Assembly: GCA_001724265.1 (NCBI GenBank)
Contig: MEDY01000314.1
Coordinates: 1-35,803, forward strand
Reading direction: 5' to 3'
DNA length: 35,803 nt
Source: Rhizaria sp. SCN 62-66
Lineage: Eukaryota
Positions 20,746 to 31,493 of this stretch are shown in pieces; position 1 is the first letter of the stretch; each line of letters opens with the position of its first letter. The position numbers were made by a program, and so were the translations under genes. The notes beneath the pieces were generated by a model, which was not told the DNA's origin, searched no databases, and was given only the letters and a program-made list of their open reading frames with translations.

Positions 20746-23700
20746 ATGCAGAGCTCTCTTGTGCGCCGCTTCGCCGCGCGTGCCGGCGCCCATACACCCG
20801 CGCCCGCGCTCCGGCCCTCGCAAGCGACGACAGCAACAGCTTCTAGTGGCGCTAACCACCCCTGCTCGCTGCCTCAGCGCGCAGCCTCGTCGTCCTCAGA
20901 GTTCTAGTCCCAGCAGCGGCAGCAAGGCAGGCCTCCGCGGTCGGTGAACCGGCAGGCGCAGGCAGTCGCCGAAGCCCGCCGCCATGACCGCGCCATCAGC
21001 AAGGGCCCCGGCCGCGGCCACGGCCACGGTCATGACAACAGCCACGGCCATGGCCACGGCCACAGCGTCCACGCGCGCGCGCACGCTCACAGCCCTTTTC
21101 CGGGCCCGGCCGCGCATGCGCACGCGCACGCGCACGCGTCCCGCGGCGGCAGCAGCGGCGGCGGCGGCGCGAGCAGTTCCGCTCTGAGCAGCTCTGCTCT
21201 GAGCAGCTCCGCCCTGGGCGGCTCCTCGCTGGGCAGCGCGCAGAAACGCGTTACCGCGTCTGCCGCCGCCGCCGCCGCCAAAGAGGCGGACCCGGAGGCC
21301 GCGGCCGAGGCCGCCGCCTAGGCCGCCGCCGTGCCGCGCTTCATGTACCCACTGCCACTACTGTCACCGCCAGCGGCCGCAATCGCTCTCCGCGCACGCG
21401 GTCCCCACGGCCGCCGCAGCACCGCCGGCGACGCCGAGGCCGAGGCTAACGTCGGCGAGAACCATGGCCAGAATGAGGGTGATGGTGGGGATGACGTGGT
21501 CGCCATGCTGGGCGCGGACGCCGGCGGTGATGTCGCGGCCTGGCGCCTCCGCGCCGCCGCCGCGCTCGTCGCAGCAGTCTCCCGCACCCGCGTTGCGCTC
21601 GCCCTCGCCCGCGCGTCGGTTCCTGGGGCCGCCGGCGCGGCTGACGCCTCTGGCAGCAACGGCACCGACGGCGGCAACGGCGCCGGGCCGCAGGTCAGCG
21701 CGGCGGACGTGGGTTCCGCGGCCGCGGCGGTGCCGTTCATCCGGGACCTGGCTATGCAGACGATGCTGTTGCTGCCCCCCGCGCTCGACGCCGCCCCTCG
21801 CGTGAACCCCAACGCTTACAGCGACAGCGACGCCGCGGGCGCGCACACCGACGCCGACGCCAACGCCAGCGCCAGCGACTGCTCGAGTGCCCTCCACAGC
21901 GACAGCGACGGCCGCGCGGCGTCGCCGGCCGCGGTGTCGGTGTCGCCGGCCGCGGCGGCGCGGTGGGCCGTGGCGCACGGCGCGGGCGGGCTGCGTGCGC
22001 CCTACGTTGCGCTGGGCTACGAGGACGCGCTGGCGCCCGCCTCGGCCGACGCCGCACTAGCCGTGGTGCGCGGCCCGCTCGAGGCGCTGCCGGAGGTGCT
22101 TGCGCTCGGCCAGCTACCCGTCGCGCGTAAGGGCGTCCTGGACGCCAGCGCCAGGGAGGACGGCCGGGGGAAGGGCAAGAACAAGGGCAAGGGCAAGGGT
22201 AAGAAGTCCGACGCTGACGCAGACGCCGACGCTGACGCTGACGTTCCTGAGGCTGCTGAGGCTGCGACTGCTGCCGAGACTTCCGTTGCGCCTGTTCCGC
22301 CGCCTGCTGTCACCACGCTGGGCGGGTGCGGCAGCGCCGTCGTCTCCGTCGCTGCGGCCGCCGCCGCCGCCGCCGAGGCCGTGGCCGCGCGCGCGGGCGT
22401 GCTGCTGTCGACCTCGGCCAGCCCTCTTGCCGCCGCTGCGCTCGCAACGCTGCCGCTGCTCGACCCCGTCGCCGCCACCGCCGCCGCCACCGCCTCCTCA
22501 ACCGCCGCCGCTGCCGCCGCCTCGACCGCTGCCGCCGCCGGTGCAGGCGAGACCGACTCTGAGCAATCGACCGCGGCTGCGGCCGCGGCTGCGGCTGCGG
22601 CCTCGGTGTCGGTGTCGGTGTCGGTGTCGCCGGCCATGGCTGCGCTGGCGCTGGCCGACCCCTACGGTCGGCTCGTGCTCTCGGTCACGCACACGGACGC
22701 CACGGAGGCGCCCCGCACCGTACCCCTGCCCGCCACGCCCGCCGCCGACGCCGCCGCCGCCGCCGCACACTCGGCGACGGCGACGCCGCCGCCGCCGGCG
22801 GTATCGGTGGCCGGGGCCGTGGCCGCGGCCGACGCGGTGCTGGGTCACGCGGCGGTGCGCGATGTGCCGCTGTCCTCCGCGCTCGCGGCGGCCTACTTCG
22901 TGCTCGCCAACCCGCCGGTAAGTACCCCCTTAGAGGACGACGGCCCCTCCAGCACCAGCACCACCACTACCACTAGCAGCGGCAGGAGCAGCAGCAGCGG
23001 CGGGTCTGTGAGCGTGATGGACACAGCCGCGCACTCAGAGGCCGACGTCGCGGCCACTCTCGTCGCCGTGCTCACCACTCCCCTCGCTCACAACACGGGC
23101 GACGGCGCTGGCGCGGGCGCGCGCGCGATGATGATGACGCCCGCTGAGGCCGCCGCGAGCGCGCGCGCGGCCCTGCGCGCGCTGTCTGCCGCGCGCGCGG
23201 CGGGCCGCATGGCCGCGGCGACGGCGGCGCTGGCGCGTGTCGTGCGCCGCGTCTACGCGCTGCCGGCGCGCAACGCGCTGGGCAACCTGGCCTCGCTGCA
23301 GACGGGCGCGGGCGAGGCCGCCGCGGCCGCCGCCACGACCGTGTTCGCCAGCTTTCACGCCGAGGCCGAGGCGCTGGCCGCCGCGGGCCGCCTCGTCGCC
23401 GCCGCCGCGCAACGCGAGCTGCAGTTCTACCCCAGCCAGAGCCACGGCGCAGATGCTGCCAGCACGGGCAGCAGCAGCGCCAGCGCCAGCAGCGCCGAGA
23501 CCGCCGCGCGCGCCGAGACGGAGCAGGCGCTGGCGACGCTGACGCTGCAACTGGGCGCCGTGCTGCCCGACTGGGCCTCGCAGGCGGCGCTGGCGCGCGC
23601 GACTGCGCCCGCGGGGCCCTGGGCCGGCCGCCACGCCTTCGCGGCCTTCGCGGACCGGCCCTGGACGGCGACCGAGTCCGCGGTCAAGTTCGCCACTGAG

Positions 23701-25344
23701 GCCGCCGCGGCCGCCGCCTCGAGCGCCGCCACGGCCGCCGCGACCGCAGCCGGCAATGCGCCCGGGCTCGGCCGAAGCGGCTTCTCCGCGGCCGCCTCGA
23801 TGGCCGGCAACGCGGCCGCCACCGCCGTGCGCGCCGCGGCCTCAGTGGCGCTGGCCTCGGCCGAGGCCGGCCGCAAGCGATCGCCGGGACAGCTCTCCGC
23901 CCACCCTGTGTTCCCCGCCCCTAACAGCAACAGCAACAAAAACGACACCAAAGCCAAGAACAAGACCGATAACAAGAACACTGGCGCCGCCAGCGCCAGC
24001 GCCGGCACAGGCGCCGAGGCCGACGCCGAGGCCATCGCCGTCGCCACGGCCGCCGCCGCCGCGGCCGCCGCCCCCATGATCGCGGGCCTCGGTGCGCCGG
24101 TGTGGCACTCGCTGCTGTCGCCGTTCCCCGCGTGCTACTCGCTCGAGACGCGCGCGATCCTCGCCGCGGGCCCGCCCTCGCCCGCGCTCTACGCCGCCGC
24201 CGCGCGCGCGCTCGTGTCGCGCCGCACGGCCGCCGCGCGCGCCGCCGCGCTGTCGGCGCCGCGGCCGCTCGCCACGGCCGGGCTTGAGTCCGTCGCGGCC
24301 GAGGCCGACGCCGTGGGCGTGCGCGAGCTCGTCGACTACGCGGCGCCGCTTCTTGGCGCGGCGCATACCAGGGAGGCCATCGTTGCCGCCGTCGTCGCAG
24401 ACAGGCAGCAGCAGCAGCAGCAGCAGCAGCGCCAAGACGATGTGACCGACGGAGCTGACACTGTTCCGGCCTCTTCTCCGGCAACTACTGCTGAGGTGGA
24501 CGTCGAGTCCGGCGTCTCGATGAACGACAATATCATGCTCTGCGCGGGCTACGCTGCGTACGCTGCGGAGCACCGCGCGCTGAGCGACGCCGGAAATAAC
24601 GGCTCCGACGCGAACGAGGCCACGAGCTACGACGGCGCGGTCTACTCCAACGTGGTCCCCCTCAGCACCGCCCACAGCCTCATCAACAGCCACGGGCTCG
24701 GTCTCGGTCAGACGGGCCGCCGCCGCCGCCTCGGTGCCGACGCCCCCTCGCTGGCGGCGGCGGCGGCGGCGGCGGCGACCTTCGCCGAGGCCGCGCCGGT
24801 GCTGACATTCAATGAGTGGCTGCAGCGCGCGCTGCCTCCGCGCGCGCGCCCGCTGCCGCCCGCGCGCCGCGTCGCCGCTGGGCTGCTGTCATGGCCCGTC
24901 GCCGACGGGCTCGCGGGTGCGCTTGTGGCCATGGCCGCGGCGCCCGCCCTCTCGGCGGCCCCCAGCGGGGGCGCGCGCGCGCTGGGCTTTGGCGCGACCG
25001 TGCTGGGCGAGGGCGCCGAGGACGAGAGCACGGCCTCGGCCCTCTTCTTCCCTTTCACCGACCTGCACGCGCGGCGCCTCGGCGCGCGGGCTGAGCCCGT
25101 GACGGCGGTGCCCGCGCTCAGGGCGCTTGTGTCGACGCGCGCACTCTCCTGGGCAGACTGGGTCGCCGAGCACGCGGCGCAGGTACGACACTTCGCCGGG
25201 ATACATCACACTCGGAAATGAAACCATCGTGACTGTTATTTGATATCGTTGTTATTCGTGCTTGTTAATGATTCCTTTTCTATTTTGAACAATGTCTCAC
25301 GACTCTCCACACCTTGCTTTCTTTCTTTCTCACTTGGTTTCGAT

Positions 25345-25380
<36 letters not shown>

Positions 25381-28300
25381 AGGTGCGCCGTTTTGATCAG
25401 CTGGACAAGGAGCTCCGCGAGCTTCACAGCCGCGCCGCCGCGCAGCTGCCCCGCGGCTCCCCGCACGCCGCCGCGCTCGCCACGGCCCGCCAGGCCATCC
25501 CGGCCCTCGCCGCCGCAGTCTCGCTCCTCCGCCCCGACGCCGCCGGCACCGCCGAGGCGTCAGTGCATGCGGCGCTGTCCCGGTCGCATGCGAACAACAG
25601 CGGCAACGGCGTTGACGTCGAAGTGGCGATCCTGAACTACGACGGCAACGGCGCCGCCGCCGGCTCTGGCGCCGCCGCGGGCAGCGCGTCGGAGCTGGCG
25701 CGTCGCCCCGAGCACGTGCTGGGCGCGCTGGGCGTAGCCATCGGCCCCGAGGCGGAGGCCGCGGCCGTTTTCGCGGACGCCGTCGCCCTTCGCGCGCACA
25801 GCGCCGCCCTCGATGCCAACGCCAACACGGCAAGTGCGGTGTCCGCCAGCAGCATGCCGCTGCTGGCGGACGACCCCTGGCAGCTGCCCGCTCGCCGCCG
25901 CCGCGCCGCCGCCGCCGCGCCCCTGCTTAACGCCTCGGGCTACATGATTTTCCGCGCGGGCACGCGCTTCGCCGCGCCGCTGCCCAGCGCCGCGCAGAGC
26001 GGGCTCAGCTACAGCCACACCGTGCCCAACGCAGGCGGCGACGCGGAGCCCGTGGAGGTGTACACCGCGGTCCCGGGTGCGCTGTCGTCGCTGGCGGCCT
26101 TCCCCGCGCGCTCCGTGGCCGTGGACCCGCGCCGCGTGCTCGTCGGCTTCGACGGTGTGGTCGCGGCCCCCCACACCGGGCTCGTCCCCGCGCTGCCGCC
26201 GCTCGCCGCCGCCCCGCCCGCGCCGGCCCCAGCGCACGCCCACGCGCGTACGGCGCTCTCGCGCTCGCTCGCGGACGGCAACGGCGCCACCAACAGCAGC
26301 GCCGCGCGCGCCGGCGGCGGCGGCTTTGACGCGCTGCTGCCGCCCGCGCTGCTGGCCGCCGCGGCGCCGCTGCCCGGCTACGCACTCGATAGCGCCAGCG
26401 CCGCCGCCGTCGCCGCCGCGCACGCCGTGCTGCCCGCGACGGCGACGAGCAGCGCGGGCCACAGCCACGCCTTCGGCCCGGCCGTGGCTGCGCTCGTCGC
26501 CGACGCCGTGCGCCTCCCGCGCCTCGCCGCCACGCTCGCGCCCGACTACCGGCGCGAGGACGCCGCCGCCGCGGCAGTCGCGGCCGCCGTCGCCACTGCC
26601 GCCGCCAGCGCCGCCAGCGCCGCGCGCAGGGTCGCCGCCACCTCTGGCGATGGCGGCGGCAGCGAGCAAGACAAGGCCGACGCCGCGGCCGCTGCGGCGG
26701 TCAACGCGGCCGCCGCGGCCGCCCTGCTCGAGGCCCTCACGCCCTCCGCGTCTTCCGCCTTGGACGCGAACGCCAGGGCCGACGCCAGCGCCAGCGCCAG
26801 CGCCAACACTGCACTGGGCGCTCTGAGCGCAGCGCGCGGCGACGTGGGGCGCATGACGCGCTCCGAGCGCGAGCACTTCCTACTCGAGTGCGCCACGCGC
26901 CTGCCGCCGCAGCAGCTCGAGGCGCTGCTGGACGTGCTGTCGGGCGCCGACCCGCGCGAGCGCGGCGCTGCGCAAACGCTGCAGGACGCCGTGCTGGGCA
27001 TGCCGCCTATCTACGCCAAGGCTAGCCGCCGCCGCAAGCGCAAGCGCCTGTCCACGGCCGCGGCCGCGCCGTGCACCGCGCCGGGCGAGCAGGAGTACCT
27101 GCAGCAGCAGCTGCAGGCGAAACTCGACCAGCAGCAGCTGCAGCAGGAAGTGGCTGAGCGACAGCGAAAGCGTGAGCACGATAGGAATGCGGCTGGCGCC
27201 GCCGGCAGCGGCAGCATAGGCATCAGCAGCAGCAGCATCACCTCGCTGGCCAGCCCGGCCGCGATGGTGGCCGCGCGCATCGCGCAGGTGCCGCCCGCGC
27301 CGCTCTCAGTCCCTGAGCCTGCGGACGCGGCCGCGGCGGAGCTGCGTGCGGCGCTGGCGCAGCGGCCGCTGTGGGCGCGCGGCGGCGAGCAGGCGCTCGA
27401 CCTGGCCATCTCGCGCCGCGTGCTGCGCGAACGCTGGGCCGCCAACAACGCCGTCAAGCTCTACGGCAGCGACAGGGCCAAGGACGGCAAGCTCGCCAAG
27501 AACAAGGCGAAGGGCATCGCCGACGCCAGCGCTGCCAGTGCTGAAAGCGCGGAGAGCGCTGTCCCGATGGCTGCCCCGGCGGCGGGCGCGGGCGTGGTGT
27601 GGCCCGAGGCCGACCTCGACATCGAGCTCGTCCCCGCCGCGACCGTGAGCTCGACCACGAGCGCAACCGTCAGCGCGACTGTTAGCGCGAGCGCGCACGT
27701 CCACCACGTCGACCACGTGGACCACAGCGACCTCTCCGCGGCCGAGGCGATCGCTCTCGACGCCGACGCCGATGTTGAAGCTGACGCTGACGCTGACGCA
27801 GACGATGACGCTCCTGACACAGACCGTGCCGCCGAAAGCAGCAGCAGCAACAACAGCAGCAGCAGCGGCGGGGGCGACAGCGGCTTGAACGACCTGGCTG
27901 CTGTCACGGCGGCCGCCGTGACGGCGTCGCTGCGCGGCCGCCCCTCGCAGATCGTCGCCAGCCCGCGCAAGAGCACAGGCAGCACAGGCAGGTCCGTGGG
28001 CGGCGTCAGCGGCGTGGGCGGCGTGGGCGGCGCGACCGGCGCCCGGCGCTCGGTGCTGCCGCCTCTGCCGCCGCTGCAGCGCCTGCGCGCGGCCCTGGAG
28101 CCGCCGCTGCTGCCGCTGTCGGCCTCCGGCGCGCCCGCGGCGCGGTCCGTCTCGCTCGAGGCGGCCGCGCTCGAGGCGAGTCTGCTCGTGGCGCACGCGC
28201 GGCCGTGCTACCTGACGCTGGGCGAGCGCGTGTCGGTGCGCCTCGTCGCGCTGTTGCGCGCGGAGGAGTGGTACCGTGCGCTGTCGACGCTCGCACAGGC

Positions 28301-31199
28301 CCGCCGCGAGGGCGTCATACTGTGCCGGTTCGTCTACAGCGTCATGGTCGCCAAATTCGCGCTCTTCGGCCGCCTCGAGTTCGTCTCGGCGACGGCGCAG
28401 GCCATGCTCGCCGACGGACTCGCCGACGCCGACGCGATCGTCACCTGGGTGTGCATGGCCTCGCGCGTCGCCGCGGGCCACACCGGCGGCCCCGCGATCG
28501 AGGAGTTGGACACGGCGCTGGACGCACTGCTGGACCTGGAGCCGCCGATGTCGGCCGCGCGCACGCGCCACGTCGCCGCGCAGCTGCGCGCGCACGGCCA
28601 CTACCAGCGCGCGCTGGGCACGGCGCTCTGCATGGCCGACCTCTCCGAGGGGCTCAACGGCGAGGGCGGCGTCGCGGCCGAGGTGCTCCCACTGCTGCGC
28701 TCGATGGTGGACGACGACGGCGCCGTGTCGACCTGGGAGGCGCTTCAGGCCTTCGCGGACCACCCCGCGCTGGACGACATCGTGGCCGCCTTCGTCGACG
28801 CCGCCAGTGCCACGGGCCGCGGCGCCGCGCAGCTCCACGCGCTTTTCGCAGCGCACCCCGGCGCGCTCCCGGCCTCCGAGGCTGCGGCGGCGCAGCAGGT
28901 AGCAGCAGCCGCTCAGGCCCAACAACAGGCGTTCGCCAAGGCCAACGCTGGCGCTGGCGCTGAGGGCGCGGACGACGGCGTGGACGCGGACGCGGTTCTG
29001 GGGCGGTACGCTGAGGTGCCCGACATGTGGTGCGCGCTGCTGCGCACGCTCGCGCGCACGGCCGCGGCCGCGGTGTGGGACGCCGGCGCCTCTGTGAGCG
29101 ACGACCTGGTTGGCGGCGCGGGCCCGGTCGGCGCGCTATCCGCGGCCGGCGGCGGCATGCGGGGGCTGGGCGTGGTGGCGACGCGCGAGGGCGTGACCAG
29201 CGTGGCGCCGCCGCGCGGCACGCACCTCACCTCCGCGGGCCGCCTCGTCTGGCCCTCGGACGCCGAGGCCGCCGACGAAGCCGACGCTGCCGAGGGCGGT
29301 GAGGGCAGTGAGGGCCAGCACGGCGCCGGCGCCGGCGGCGACAGCAGCAGCAGCGGTGGACCGGGCCTCAAAGCGCAGCAGGTGGTCTTCAGCCCGCCGG
29401 TGCGCGCGTCTGTGCGCGCCGCCGTGCCGCCCGACGTGCTGGCCGCGTTGACCGACTGCCTAGCGCGGCTGCGCACCGCGGGCGCCACGGTCGCCGACCC
29501 GCTGCTCTTCTACCACCTCTCGCTGCTCTTCGGCGCGCCGGCCGTGTTCGACACGGCGCCCGTCGCGGCGTGGCTGCGCGCGCCCCAGACGCAGGCCGCC
29601 ATCGCCGCCAGCACTGCCGGCTCGCGCGCCGCGGCCCGCGAGCTGCGCACGGCGCCCGACCCGGCCGCGCACTCGCGCCTCGCGCGCCTGCTCGCGCTCT
29701 CGCGCGCGGCGCCGCACGCGCCGCTGGGCAGTCCCGCTGACCAGCTGCCTTTCGCGGCGCTCGAGGCCGCGCTCCGGCGCGGCGAGCCGCTCGCTGAGGC
29801 CGCGCTGCAGCCGCCGCTCGAGGCGCGCGTGTCGCAGCCCTTCGCCGACGCCGTGTCGGCCGCCGACGCGCGGCTGGCGCTCATGCCGCGGCCCGACGAC
29901 GACGTCGTGGCGGCCTTCGTGGCCGCGAACCCCTTCTTCGCGGGGCAGGACCCCGAGCGCGTGCGCCGTTACGTCGCGCGGCTGGCGGCGGGACACTTCT
30001 ACACCGTGCGCGGGGAGCCTGCGCCGTGGCTCTTCGGCGTCGTCGGCATGGGCGACGTCGCCGCAGCGCCCAGCCAGCTCTATCTCGCCGTCGCCGCCGC
30101 GGTCGACGTCGCCGACGGAGCCGCCAGCGCCAGCGCCAGCGCCGCGGCCTCGGCCGCCTACCTCGCAGTGGCCTCCGGCGAGGACACGGACAACTTTGCG
30201 GCTGCCGTTGATGCTAGCGCTGCGCCCGGGTCCGTGCTCGCCGCAGTGGCGGTCTCGGTCCCCCTGGAGGGCGCGGCGGCGCTGTGCGGCTTCACGCGCT
30301 TTGTAAACCTGCTCGACGAGGCCACCGTGCTGCCCGCCGCGCTCTACCACCAGCTGCTTTCGATCGCCGCCGCCTCGGCCGCCACGGGCGGCAACAGCGC
30401 GGCCGCGATCGTGGCCGCGACCTCGCCCGGCGCGAACTCGACGGCCTCTGCCGCAGCCTCGAGCGCCGCCGCCGCCGCCGCCGCGCTGCCGCTCGCGCTG
30501 CACGTGTTGGACCTGTTGTGGACACACCGCCTGCGGCCGTCGCCGCCGCTGCTTGACGCGCTGATGCGCGTGCTGCTGGGCGCGCGGCGCTTTGCCGCGG
30601 CGGCGCAGCTGGTGCGCGCCGCGCTGGAGCTGCAGACGGCGCTGCTGCCCAGCACGCTGCGCTTTGTCTTCCTCGTCTACGAGGCCGTCGTCTCACGCGA
30701 ACTGCTGCGCGCCGCGGCGGGCGGCGCGGTCGGGCCGTCGCGGTCCCTGTGGGACGTTGACGCGGAGCTGGCCGAGCTGCTCACGGCCGTGGCCAACTAC
30801 GCGCATATCTGCAACACGGACCGCCGGAGCAGCGTGACGCGCCGGCGCCTGGCCGCGCACACGGCCGCGCAGACGGCGGCGCAGCAGGAGCGCTCCATGG
30901 CGCAGCACAAGATGCGCAAGCAAGCGCATGCCAAGCTCGCGCAGGGCGAGGGCTACGGCGCTGTGTACGCGGCCAGGGCCCGGCGCAGGGAGGCTGAGGC
31001 CTACACGCCCGACTTCTCCCAGACGCAGCCGCAGGCCGAGGCGCAGGCGACGGCCACTGTGCCCAAGTTCATGAAGCCCGTGGTCGTGGCCGCGGCAGCG
31101 ATGAGCGTCCCGGTCGGTCAGAACGCGAGTGAGAGTCTGGAGCAGAGTCAGAGTGTCTACGACTTTCACAACGGCGGCGACCAGGAGGACGATGAATAA
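20746..31199 (+). CDS. Very large Ala-rich protein with degenerate PPR-like motifs, probably mitochondrial; exons 20746-25182 and 25380-31199, ~3,418 aa; two in-frame TAGs (20905, 21319)
   Basis: One frame runs from ATG 20746 (MQSSLVRRFAARAGAH..., presequence-like) through two TAGs into ORF 21331..25221, then a phase-0 intron leads into ORF 25314..31199. PPR-like segments: ALSTLAQARREGVILCRFVYSVMVAKFALFGRLEFVSATAQAMLADG and ALHVLDLLWTHRLRPSPPLLDALMRVLLGARRFAAAAQLV. Ends in TAA. An alternative start at ATG 21343 applies if TAG is a stop. Confidence 0.7.
21172..21216 (+). repeat. Three tandem 15-nt repeats encoding SSSAL
   Basis: agcagttccgctctg / agcagctctgctctg / agcagctccgccctg. All differences between copies are synonymous third-position changes in the main frame. 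Confidence 0.85.
25183..25379 (+). other. Spliceosomal intron (197 nt)
   Basis: GTACGA...(CA)16-G ending in CAG; AT-rich; phase 0 (HAAQ|EVRRF). Confidence 0.85.
25347..25378 (+). repeat. (CA)16 microsatellite
   Basis: Perfect 32-nt CA repeat directly visible. Confidence 0.97.
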
Positions 31200-31493
31200 T
31201 CTGGACGGACTCGCAACATTAACGTTATATTAAACCTGAGCAATGATATATATAACGATGAGCAACACGGGTGGCATTAAACCTTAATGTTGCGCTGCGT
31301 TCAATATTTAAATACCATACAGCTATCTTATTTATTATTATTAAAGACATTAAACACTTGATACAACACTTTGTAGGAGTAGTAAAACTAATAAACCTGT
31401 ATTCCTATTGTATCGCCATGCGTATAGCTACGCATTATATTGTAACCGGTAAGCTTTTATAAATGTCAAAAGTGATTTTGATATCAGACATGA

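Noticed and set aside
11820-21321. Tiny introns as the explanation for the in-frame TAGs
   Set aside because: The nearest GT..AG spans at 11831 and 20905 are 7-16 nt and not multiples of 3. The 72-nt GT(21250)..AG(21321) span is GC-rich and lacks the GTNCG donor shared by all nine real introns.
25314-25379. Poly-HT N-terminus of the 1,961-aa ORF as real protein sequence
   Set aside because: It is the translation of the intronic (CA)16 repeat. The exon starts at 25380.
3330-31199. Ciliate-type code (UAA and UAG both Gln) or UGA reassignment
   Set aside because: TAA terminates MCCC2 exactly at its conserved C-terminus, and TAA/TGA end the other genes at GC-to-AT transitions. In-frame TGAs occur only in the decayed 9838-10568 region.
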